This document shows positions 52,954 to 63,453 of a stretch of 64,000 bases of DNA, one piece after another. The notes under the pieces are model-generated. The model searched no databases. It was given only the letters and a program-made list of their open reading frames with translations, and was not told the DNA's origin. Positions within the stretch are counted from its first letter, which is position 1, and each line of letters opens with the position of its first letter. A program made the translations under genes and the position numbers. Origin of the DNA: Callorhinchus milii (lineage: Eukaryota); NCBI RefSeq assembly GCF_018977255.1, contig NW_024704747.1, positions 23,126,001 to 23,190,000 of the forward strand, given 5' to 3'.

Positions 52954-54599
52954 CTGAGAAACAGACACATTTCTTGTTAGAAAAATAATTATCAAAGAAA
53001 ACATTTTTTTCTGTTAGGGTAAATGTGTATATATATATGTAACTAATAATAATCCTCCTTCCATTTGACATAGTAGCTTGTCACATCTCCAAAACACTTC
53101 CAAGAATTTTACAGGATTTCACTGTTACAGTGTATATTTGTAGGCAAATGTGACAGCCAATTTACACAGAGTAGTGTACCAGAAACAGCCATGAAATATT
53201 GGATTGTTGGCAAGGACACCAAGGGAAAATGCGTTCTGAAATGCTGCAACTGAATTACACTGGAATATTACAAAAAAAACTTTATCGCAATCTAACATCT
53301 ATAAGAATGAATGACAGAACAGCACGATGATGGTTTGTAAGATACAGCATAAAATATATTAGAATGTTATACCTTTGGGACAGGAAAGGGCATTAGGACC
53401 AACAAATCATTTTGATAGTTCTCAACTTCACCTCATCTTCGAGAACACACTTGATTAACTGTTTGAACACATGTTCACTGAGTGATTAAATACCTACCTT
53501 AAGAATGTATTCCACACAGCTTTTGTGATGTTCTGCCTGACTTCCCTTCTAACTCCTAAGTTGTTAACCTGTGTGTCTCGGTGTTTGAAAACTTCAATAT
53601 AATGGATGTACAAAAATTGAGTCTTTATTAAAAGCACTATTCAAATTGAATTTCTAAATCACGCCACTTTAATAAACACTGCAAACAAAGCTTCATAAAA
53701 TAACATTTTGTAAATTCTACTAAAATTTGTAATCCTGAATGTTCAATTGAAACATGATACGTCTGCCACAACCTACATTGGGAGAGATTCTTCAATAAGT
53801 TAAATATGGACTCTTTATAATAAATTGCAGAGCTCAACATAAGTTCAGGGCAGCCTGTGGTGAAATTGAAGCACAGAACTATATCAGGAAACTTTCAAAC
53901 TGATCTTTCCAATGTTATCCAAGTTATAAAGATCTGAAAACTCAAGTCACCATTGGAGCAGCAATTGCTTTGTCCATACTCTGTTTTGATGCAGTTCTGA
54001 CAAACAGATTATACTATGGTGTAAGATTCAGATACCATGACTAAGTCATGTCCCTCAACCCACAAGAGAATTGTTTAAAAAGGAACCAAGATTACAAACA
54101 GAACACATGGTTGCCAGTTCTGGTGTACTCTGAAGCAAAACTTTTGGTTGTTTATGTGCTCAGATTCTCTTTTAGTGCAAAAATCAAACATCACATGTGC
54201 CATGTGTCATTTAGACATAGACACTGATGATTATTGGGTGTTAATTTGATTCAAATGAATAGTTAGTCATTTACTCCTGTGGTCTCGTGGAAACCCCTAT
54301 GGTTTCCATGAATGCTTTTCATTTCAAATCATTCCTTGTGCTTCTCATCTTCTTCTCTTTGTGTGTTCGAATCATGAAAACTTTGTGTGTTAGAATCATG
54401 GAAACTCCAAATGTGGTAGAAAACTTACAGCAAAGAAGACCATGGGCCCAATGAGTCTGTCAGAGGAATGCAGAGATTGTCGAAACAAGAACTACTCAGA
54501 GATTTCATTCAAAATGATCCCTGCTCACAGTGAACAACGTCTCTTCCTACAGTCACGGTTTATGCATTATATTTCTGACATTGTCTATCAATCAGATAT

Positions 54600-54808
54600 C
54601 ATAACATAACATATAGGAGCAGGAGTAGGCCATTCGGCCCTTCGAGTCTGCCCCGCTATTCAATCATGGCTGATCTTCTAATCTAACTCCAGCTAATAAC
54701 CTAATCCTGCTTTATCCCCATATCCCTTAATCCCTTTTGCAATAAGAAATATATCTATCTCAATCTTGAATACGTTCAAGGACTGAGGGTCAACAGCCCT
54801 TTGGGGTA
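54600..54808 (-). mobile_element. CR1-type LINE 3' end
   Basis: Reverse-complement homology to 29740-29947. Confidence 0.8.
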
Positions 54809-55054
54809 ACTATCAGTTCCATTGTCTGGATACATACATACATCAATTTAATCTGTGTGTTCCTATTGTGGTTATAACAGTGTACATTTATTAGAACAGA
54901 TTTTGAATATTATTTCTCAACGTTTCAGTTATTTTGTTGATGTTGATGTACTGGTGCTGTTGCTGATGAGTCTGTCTGATCTGTAGGACCAGTGCCATTC
55001 ATGTGAATTATTCTGTTAGCTAGAGGTATAAGAATAATTAGCAAACATTCTTAC

Positions 55055-55153
55055 CGGTAAACCTCTAGGTCCAGGACCTCCGACAGCCCCTGAGGAACCT
55101 GGGTGGCCAATAGGACCTGGACCACCAGGGTTGCCAGGAATACCAGAAGGACC
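55055..55153 (-). CDS. COL3A1: Gene A e18 helix
   Basis: 99 nt; GPSGIPGNPGGPGPIGHPGSSGAVGGPGPRGLP. Confidence 0.92.
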
Positions 55154-55766
55154 CTGACATGTGGAAATAAATAGAATTATTCAAGAGCAGCCTCAGACAA
55201 CAACAATATAGTTTTTATATTGACCCTTCATGTAGGATAAATGTCACAGAGTGCTTCATAAAAGGATGATTACAGTCTAATCTATTTTAACAAAGATATT
55301 CCTTAAGCAGGGATCCAAATGTATATATAGATCAAATGTTGGACTGAAAATAGGACAAGAAATCAAATCAGATCCAATGTAGTTTCTTTCAATGGGCTCT
55401 TAAAAACAGTTGTTAATTTTTTTCTTCAATGAAGTCAGTGATATACTCGCATGCCGATTAATGCTGTCAAAGAACAAACCATATCATGGTGTATGGCATG
55501 GCACGGCCAATTAGTTTATAATATTCATGTGATGGATGCAAAGCAGTTGAATAATGCAGGCTCTCATTGTATCATTTGATTTTATCCCTTGTGCAGTTTT
55601 AACTTTGATGATGCCGTGTAAATAATAATAATAATCCTTGCATTTGATATAGCGCCTTATCATCTCTTCGAGCTGTCTCAATGCGCTTCACAGGATATAC
55701 TATAAAGTGGATTGCCTGTGTATTCTGTGGGTGAAATGAACAAAGTTTGGTTTTGTTATAACTAAC

Positions 55767-55811
55767 CATTGAACCTCTGGAACCAGGCGATCCATCTTTT
55801 CCGCGATTGCC
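55767..55811 (-). CDS. COL3A1: Gene A e17 helix
   Basis: 45 nt; [15 protein letters not shown]. Confidence 0.92.
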
Positions 55812-55904
55812 CTAGAAAACAAATCAACAGACGGAGATGCTGATGCCGTGTATCGACTGAGTTCTGACAAATAAAAAGGTTTCACGAGAGAATTAGTTAC
55901 GTAC

Positions 55905-56003
55905 AGGTGTACCCGGAGTTCCGGAGGGACCCTGGTGTCCTGGTTCTCCCATTTTCCCTGGAATACCATTAAATCCCCGAGAACCTGGTGTGCCAGACTC
56001 ACC
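55905..56003 (-). CDS. COL3A1: Gene A e16 helix
   Basis: 99 nt; GESGTPGSRGFNGIPGKMGEPGHQGPSGTPGTP. Confidence 0.92.
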
Positions 56004-56730
56004 CTATCAAAAAAGAAGTTAATAGTTAGAACCAGAATCACAGGCACCTCAATACACTGAAACTAAAGGCACCAACTTCTGGCAGATTGGAGCAGTAAAT
56101 ATAAACCCAGTTTCCCCATTCTAATCTCCAAGTTCTTCATTCACTATAAAATGGTTCATTATGTTACTGCTTCAATGTATTCCCCAGAAACAGATTCCAT
56201 TTGTGCGTCTATAATTCTTTGGCACAGTTTGGGCGGAATTACTTATAAAAATCTTTCATTTGGATGCTCACATTTTTAAAAATATTTATCCATGCAAACA
56301 ATTCAGATTAATTTAAACATTTGATTCCTAAACATGTGAGATATAGTTTTCGAGGGACATTTTAGAAAGCTGGTCTTTGATCTTGTCAAACTCCCAAACA
56401 CCTCTTAGTAGCATTAATGCCCTGTACCACCACAAATTCATTTTCATTGAACAGTATCAGTAAAACATTAACTTCTCTTCCAATTCATTAGATACTTGGA
56501 CTTCAAGCTGAATTTGAGACTAGACAGAATCTTGGTAGATTCATTCTGCTCACTAAGAACCCTTATATTAGTATCAGTACATTATTATTCGCACCTGATA
56601 GACAATGCAACCGTTGAGTATATATGTACTATGGCAAATTCAGAGTGGGAAATCCAATAAATCATTTGTTTTCATATCAATATTATTCACATGAATATGT
56701 TTTAAGCAGTCATCTCTGAATAGATTTGAA

Positions 56731-57650
56731 TGCCTGTCTGACATCAAGTCCTGGACGAGAGGCAACTTTCTTCAGCACAACGTGCGCAAAACTGAGCCCC
56801 TCCTGATTGGCTCGCGTCAGCGCCTCCGCACCTCAGGCGCTGACAACATCAGCATCAAAGGCTGCACTCTCCACCTCTCAAAGCCATCAGGAACCTCGGG
56901 TTTCTGTTCGACCCTGAGCTGTCCTTTCTTCCTCATATCTGCACCACAACTGGCACCGCCTTCCATCACCTCCGGAATGTCGCCAGACTACGGCACTACC
57001 TCACCCCTCACGCTGCTGAAACTCTGGTCCACGCCTTTATCACCTCAAGGCTGGACTACGGGAACTCTCTCCTCGCCGGCCTTCCCGCCACCTCCCTCCA
57101 CAAGCTGCAGGTCATTCAGAACTCTGCAGCTCGTGTACTGTCCCGCACCAGGCTTCGGGACCACATCACTCCCACCCTCGCTCGCCTCCACTGGCTCCCC
57201 ATCCCCAGAGGATCGAATTCAAGATCCTCATCCTCACCTACAAGGCCATTCACGGCCTTGCTCCCTCCTACCTCTCCGACCTACTATCCCCCTACCTACC
57301 TGCCGTACCCTCCGTTCCTCTGGCTCCGGTCTGCTCCACATCCCCCGCCCCAACCGCCCTACCATCGGTGGCCGGGTCTGCAGCCTCTCAGCCCCTCGGC
57401 TCTGGAACTCCATCCCGCAGTGCCTTCGCCGCCTCCTCCCTTTCCTCCTTCAAGGCCGGTCTCAAGACCTTTCTCTTTGACCGTGCCTTCAGCTCCCCTC
57501 TCGACTCTCTACCCCCTCCTCGCTCCCTCCCTTCCTTCCCCTCACCCTGACCACTTCCCCCCTGCTCGGGTCCTGACTCAACTGTACAGCGCCTTGGGAC
57601 GTCCTCCCGACGTGAAGGCGCTCTATAAATGGAATCTTGTTGTTGTTGTT
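56731..57650 (+). mobile_element. Relatively young 5'-truncated L2-type LINE (ORF2 C-terminus plus 3'UTR)
   Basis: GC-rich; KTE-LLIG, SRLDYGNSLLAGLP and SAPRLWNS remnants across frameshifts; stem-loop tail plus (TTG)n. Confidence 0.9.
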
Positions 57651-57739
57651 GAATTAGAATATTAGCAGAATAAGAGCCAGGTGGCTGTGGAACATCCAGC
57701 AATCCAAGTGATGGCCACATGTCCTTCATTTCAACATAC

Positions 57740-57793
57740 CTTATGACCTGCGATTCCTGGAAAACCAGGTGAGCCAGGTTTGCCATCTTGACC
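57740..57793 (-). CDS. COL3A1: Gene A e15 helix
   Basis: 54 nt; GQDGKPGSPGFPGIAGHK. Confidence 0.92.
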
Positions 57794-57918
57794 CTAGGTG
57801 AAATAAAATACAAAGTTATGTAGTAAATAAAGGTGGGTAATAACTGAATGAAGACTGCAGTACAAATGGGTGTAGTGAAGCTGATAAAACACATTCCAGA
57901 AAACAGTGCTTCACTTAC

Positions 57919-57963
57919 TGCTGTGCCATCTTTGCCAGGTAATCCATCGTGACCACGACTGCC
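57919..57963 (-). CDS. COL3A1: Gene A e14 helix
   Basis: 45 nt; GSRGHDGLPGKDGTA. Confidence 0.92.
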
Positions 57964-58594
57964 CTAAAGAAATAAAAGAGCTTCATATCAGACGGCTGCT
58001 TATTTGGGAACTAAATTAAAACTCAACCAAAGTAAACTGGTATCAAGAAGGTAAGCAACTCAAGTAATAAATTAGTGTCAAAATTAAAACATTGAATTAA
58101 AACATTAAATGATTATTCACAATATTCAATAACAGTTACCAAGTCTGAGGTTAATATAACCACACAACTATTGAAAGAATTATTTACTGATCCAATGTCA
58201 CCGTATGAACACACAATGGTTTTCATTTCAGAAGTCTATGACCCATTTGGCAGCATTCACTGGCATTGTACAGCATTTGCGCAAGAGAGGAATTCTGCAG
58301 TTTGTTGAAAAATGTAACTTAATTCGCTGTAATTACTTGAAAATAATTACTTGGAACAAAAAAGACTGACTTAGAATGATTTAAACCTTGCTATGTTCTG
58401 TGGTCTGATATATATATATATATTCAGAAAAAATTAAATACATTTCCTTACACTTTTATTCAGGGTGTATACTCCTCTGTGTCTTAATGGCATATGTTTG
58501 TTATCTGTAATATTGTTTGGTAGATGTATTTTTGTATCATAAGGGAGGAACATTCATTCCATGGGAACGGGACAATGTTATTGATGGTACTTAC

Positions 58595-58648
58595 AGAAGA
58601 TCCTGGATTTCCAGCACGTCCTCTCTCACCAGGGAGGCCACGAGAACC
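58595..58648 (-). CDS. COL3A1: Gene A e13 helix
   Basis: 54 nt; GSRGLPGERGRAGNPGSS. Confidence 0.92.
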
Positions 58649-59204
58649 CTAGTATGCAGAATAAGGGCATTTTACTGGATAAAGCATAAAACAAGAATCT
58701 CCAATATCAAGCAATGCTTCTTCTACAAACATTATACAAACACAGTTAGTTGTGCATGAAAAGGAGTGAAGAACTGATAAATTAGTCACAATTCATGAAT
58801 ACTTGCCATTGCCTCATTCATCCTTTCCAGAGTAAACTGAGTTACAAAATATTAGACAATATAGAAAATTTGGAAATTCCAGTCCTGGAAGATGTCATGC
58901 ACTATTTGACTGATTGCTATCATCTCATGTTCCTTATTTTAGACAGGCTCCTGAAATAGAGTACAGATAAGATACCAGGAGCAAAGATGTGTTAGCATTC
59001 TCTGTCACTCAAAACTGCAGTTGTGCTGAGATTTGGCATGTCCTAGCTCCTGGTCTGGAGTTATGTACCTCACACAAATGGACCATTCCCCATAAAGGGG
59101 AACTTAACAGTGGATTTACTATCCTGTATTATTCCGCACCCTCTCTGACCCACCAGTCAATGAATTAGAACTTGAATTCCTTGTTAAACACACAGATTAT
59201 TTAC

Positions 59205-59249
59205 CATCTGGCCAGGAACACCATTGTTTCCAGGAGCCCCGACTTCACC
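59205..59249 (-). CDS. COL3A1: Gene A e12 helix
   Basis: 45 nt; GEVGAPGNNGVPGQM. Confidence 0.92.
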
Positions 59250-59359
59250 CTGTGTTAGATACAAAAATAAGTTGTCTTAGAACCACACACTATTGTCGCT
59301 TTACTGTGAGTCAGCAGTCGGATAAAACGTTTAAATTTCTGACTTATTGTAACAATCAC

Positions 59360-59413
59360 CTTCAAGCCATGAGCTCCAGTTTCACCTTTAGCTCCATTAC
59401 GTCCATCAAAACC
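59360..59413 (-). CDS. COL3A1: Gene A e11 helix
   Basis: 54 nt; GFDGRNGAKGETGAHGLK, close to alpha1(III) GFDGRNGEKGETGAPGLK. Confidence 0.93.
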
Positions 59414-59606
59414 CTGTAAGAGACACTGAGTTAGTCTGGGGCCAGCAACAGGCTTGATATTGATACTGCCTGTTCGTGAGTAGCCTCTGATCATGAGCAC
59501 TGACCTTTCATTTAGAATAAGTGGGAACACAAATATTTAATATTATCATCAATGCAGATATGTAACATTAGTAATGCAATAAGAAACAAAGACCATAGAA
59601 ACTTAC

Positions 59607-59660
59607 TCTGTGACCCTTCATTCCAGGCATGCCAGACATTCCTGGTCGGCCATGGGGACC
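59607..59660 (-). CDS. COL3A1: Gene A e10 helix (first KGHR cross-link site)
   Basis: 54 nt; GPHGRPGMSGMPGMKGHR. Confidence 0.93.
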
Positions 59661-59930
59661 CTTTCAACAAGAAATAACAAATGTTTGAAGAAAATCACCC
59701 ACAGGAATACGCACAACAACAACAACAACAGATTACATTTGTATAGTGCCTTTCACGTCAGGAGGACGTGCCAAGGCACTGAACTCTGATACCAAAGGTA
59801 AAATTACATCAACTCTATAGTACCCTCAATCGATTTGGCTTCAGCAACAGTATTTTTCTCAGTTCTACGCTTTACTTATTCAAATTGTGAAGCGGAATGA
59901 AATCGGTGGTTCCATTCAATGATTACTCAC

Positions 59931-59984
59931 TGTAAGACCTGGAGGTCCAGGCTCGCCAGGTCTCCCTGCTCTCCCAGAATCACC
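59931..59984 (-). CDS. COL3A1: Gene A e9 helix
   Basis: 54 nt; GDSGRAGRPGEPGPPGLT. Confidence 0.92.
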
Positions 59985-60034
59985 CTAATTTGAAACAAAG
60001 TGACACAAATATGTTTAATCCCTGCAATACTACT

Positions 60035-60430
60035 AATAATAACAATCTTTCCACTTGACATGATGGCTTACAACATAATTGAAATGTTCAGTGCTTCATA
60101 AGATGAACTATGAAGTGTAGCGAGTGTATTTGTAGATTAATATAGAATCTAATATTTACACAGCAATATGCCACAAATAACTATGAAGAGAATGACCAAC
60201 TTTATCTGGTGCACTATTGGCCAGGACATCTGGAGAAACTCCCTTGTCTTTTCGAACAGTACCATGGTGACAATTTAATATCCAAATGAACAGGTAAACG
60301 GTACCTCAGTTTAATTTCTCATCGGAGAGATGTCACTTCTGACAACATAATGCTCTTCCAGGATTACACTAGATTATCATGTTATACTGTCATCTTAATG
60401 TCCCTGCATGGGATTTGAGTCCCACAACCT
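60035..60430 (-). mobile_element. Old Deu-domain SINE
   Basis: Degenerate Deu core tttcgaacagtaccatgg...ctcagtttaatttctcatcggagagatgtcacttctgacaa. Confidence 0.6.
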
Positions 60431-60564
60431 GATGTCATTTGGGACCATTAGGGCCTACATCATTAATTGAATCTTTTACTGGCTGTGTGATAATAGGATT
60501 ATCATGTTACAAGCAGATTTACTGAGAGCAAGTAGAGAATCAAAGCATTAGTCAAGCTACTTAC

Positions 60565-60618
60565 ATCCTTTCCTCGTAACCCAGGTGGACCCAATGGACC
60601 AGGAGGACCTTGTGAACC
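60565..60618 (-). CDS. COL3A1: Gene A e8 helix
   Basis: 54 nt; GSQGPPGPLGPPGLRGKD. Confidence 0.92.
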
Positions 60619-61390
60619 CTGCAATGGGAAAAATGCTGAACAGGTTAAGCAGTGCTGATGTGACTTTTTGTGTTACACGGTATGATAGACTCATTACAAT
60701 ACAGTAATTCTTCATCTTAAAGAAGCACTGACAGAATGTGAGGCATCGGCACTGGTTCTGACATTACATATTCATCACATGAAGCATGGAGCTCTATATG
60801 CAAAAAATGGAATCCATAGTTTTACCATTTGTGAGATTGAGCTCAACTCGTCATTGAAAAAGAAAAGATCTATCATACGTGGATCAGTAAAAAGAATGAC
60901 CTTTACATCTAATGAAAAAAGATGGGTCTCAAAGATGGGTACAGTGAAGGGACATGATGGAGAGAGAATTTCTGCGATCCACATCTTAACTCTACCAATT
61001 ATTCCTTTATTATTGTTAATGCAATAAAATTCAGAGCCGTTCTCATGATGGTGTATTGGATGGAGATGCATCTTACGCACTAAATCGGTACCAATCCTGG
61101 TCTTTGCTGAGTTTGCTGGTCTCAGCAGGTGCTACATTGGGAAGCTAGAATTATTACTAAAAAATTATTAGTAACTGATTTGTGAGAAAACAAAAAACTG
61201 TATTCTGCAGTTGCCTGGTAACGTCAGAAACCTTCTGCTTCTAATAATAAGAATCAATTGCCTGGTCACAAATGGATGTTTGGGTGAAATAAATGGAATC
61301 CTATGGACTGACCTTTTCAAACACTGTATTATTTAGTACATCACTCTACAAGTACTAATTATAGTATTCTATCCGTTGTTAGATACTCAC

Positions 61391-61444
61391 ACTGGAGCCA
61401 GGTGACCCGGGCTCACCTGCTGGGCCTTGATAACCTTGAGAACC
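61391..61444 (-). CDS. COL3A1: Gene A e7 helix
   Basis: 54 nt; GSQGYQGPAGEPGSPGSS. Confidence 0.92.
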
Positions 61445-62271
61445 CTGGAGTAATCGAAACATCACACATTATTATTTGGGCTGAAACAGTGTGAACGTTT
61501 ACACAGTATTTGATGAATATGTCTGAATTGTCTGTCGTTGACTAATACAGCTGCTTATTTCAAGCACGCTTTCCCTAAGTAGCGAATTCAGCGTCGGAAT
61601 CTGAGATGAAGTGGAAACATTTATGAATAAAACAGAAGAGCAATAAAGTTTTACCATAATATTTTAGTCATAATATGTCACAATGCTATAATATTTTAGT
61701 CATTTATCAATGTTGTTGATATAAAAAAAACACGTTTGTTGCTGATAAAACCAACGAGCGAAGCATACAGTGACTCTTTTCTCGTTATGACTTTTTTATG
61801 TCAATCGAAATGGAACAATTTTCAAATATTCCCATTGATCAATCAGCTGGGAAGGTTCACTAAGATCACAGGAACATAAGGTCACAAAAGTCCACTGTGC
61901 CAAGTTAAAAGAAAGAACGCTGACTAAGTTATTCTACACAACCTCACTCTCATCCTACTAGATTAAATTCTTCGATGTGTAGCCACTGGATTCCTTTTGC
62001 ATTTCCTGACACAATCTTTCTCTGTTGGGCTCCCTCTGTCACCTATACCACGTGTTCACCAAACTCTGTGTAAAGGTATTAAATCTGACTTGTCGGGTCA
62101 CTTTCCCTTTTCTGAGCTTTGTAAACCATGTTAAATCTGTTATTGTATTTGAGTTTGTTGCTGGTTGTTAGACTTTAAATGCTTCACAAAGAACTCCCCC
62201 AATCTTATTTTCCCCAGTGCATGAGCATTCCAAGTGAAAAACTAAACACCCAAACACCAACGGATACTTAC

Positions 62272-62316
62272 AGGTGACCCAGGTGATCCACGAATGCCTC
62301 TCGGTCCTTGAAGGCC
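62272..62316 (-). CDS. COL3A1: Gene A e6, first pure helix exon
   Basis: 45 nt; GLQGPRGIRGSPGSP. Confidence 0.92.
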
Positions 62317-62443
62317 CTAAAATAGCACATAAATTTTTAATTTAAGGACTTCATGGAAAGCAGACAAGTTAGAAATGATTTCAGTTATTGACCGTGTACC
62401 ACTTCCGTGGCTGATATATAAAGTGAAAGAAAACCCATCTTAC

Positions 62444-62536
62444 CGGTTGACTAACTATCCCATATGCCCCACCACCACCACCACCACTGAGGCCTTTGAA
62501 ATCCCATCCTACTGGAGGACCATACCCACCAGACCC
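62444..62536 (-). CDS. COL3A1: Gene A e5, N-telopeptide
   Basis: 93 nt, phase 0-0, cag/gtaag; GSGGYGPPVGWDFKGLSGGGGGGAYGIVSQP with D-x-K cross-link lysine. Confidence 0.85.
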
Positions 62537-62834
62537 CTGGAGAGAAGTAAAATCAGAAATCAATACAGTACACATTTACATTTATACAGCACCTTTCACA
62601 TCAGGAGGACTTATTCGCTGTCTTCTGCTCGCGGAATACAAACTGGAAGGAGTCCACATGTCTGTTTTGGGCCCAGTTCAGCTAGATCCTGTATACAACA
62701 ACAACTTGCACTGTACAGCGCCCTCCATGCAGGGTAGCGTCTCAGAGCGCTTACCAGGAGTCCTGTAAGACACGGGTTTACTGTACCACGAATGGAAGAT
62801 TTATCATTTATCTACTATTAGATAGTCTACTTAC

Positions 62835-62921
62835 GCTGCTACCACCGCCGGGTAGGCCTGGAAGTCCAGGGGGACCAGGAGGTCCTGGATAACCATTTCT
62901 TCCAGGTGGCCCGGCCGGACC
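62835..62921 (-). CDS. COL3A1: Gene A e4, N-propeptide minor helix
   Basis: 87 nt; GPAGPPGRNGYPGPPGPPGLPGLPGGGSS. Confidence 0.9.
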
Positions 62922-63217
62922 CTACGAGAAAATAAAAGGGTAAAGAATTTCACTGGAATCAAACTCACATTGATGGGATTAAAGCCTCACCTCTCTACTG
63001 TCTGCAACAGATGCACGTTAATAAAAATGAAGCTGTCTATCAATCAATTTTTTTCAAAATCAGAACAGGTTCATGGCAAATTAGCAGAAATTGGTGATAG
63101 ATTGTCAATCTTGTTCCAACAAAACTGTGCAGATGGCTGATGTAGACAATGGAAAAATGTCAGATTGATTTGCAGGGAAATGCTCATCTGAAGTTAGGGT
63201 CAAGTTATATTTGGCGT

Positions 63218-63453
63218 GAAATTCCACTGGGGTCCAGATTTACTTTATTAACGTAGCATTTCAGGGCATCTACAATTTGGCGATTTGTTACTCTTATTCT
63301 TAACTTTAAAAGCAGTTTTCTACAGTTTTTAAAAGATCGTACAAAAATCCTGGCTTCAAAACTCAGATCTGCATTTAACAAGTTGTCAAATTCTGAACGC
63401 TCTCAAATGCTACGTTAATACTGTAGAATGAATCAAGACCCTGGTGGAATTTC
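63218..63453. mobile_element. Foldback/MITE-like imperfect palindrome
   Basis: Termini gaaattccactggggtccagatt and aatcaagaccctggtggaatttc; inner arms acgtagcattt...ttgtta and taacaa...aaatgctacgt; same termini as 37090-37465. Confidence 0.65.

Larger units (their letters stand above)
32070..62921 (-). other. COL3A1: Gene A span: type III-like fibrillar procollagen alpha chain, 48 exons (about COL3A1 exons 4-51), 5' end outside window
   Basis: All exons bounded by AG/GT; helix exon sizes 45/54/99/108/162 in the canonical clade A order; GPCC knot; COLFI domain closest to alpha1(III). Confidence 0.9.

Noticed and set aside
56782-57894. 232-aa, 135-aa and 168-aa ORFs as host genes
   Set aside because: They are frame-shifted or alternate frames of a GC-rich L2 LINE fragment.
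61654-61703. Short duplicated ataatattttagtcat
   Set aside because: Low-complexity AT-rich micro-duplication with no further support.
32070-62921. Gene A as COL1A1/COL1A2/COL2A1 or as a pseudogene
   Set aside because: The GPCC knot, GFDGRNG, SPDGS-KNPAR and [12 protein letters not shown] point to type III; no frameshift, stop or missing exon was found.
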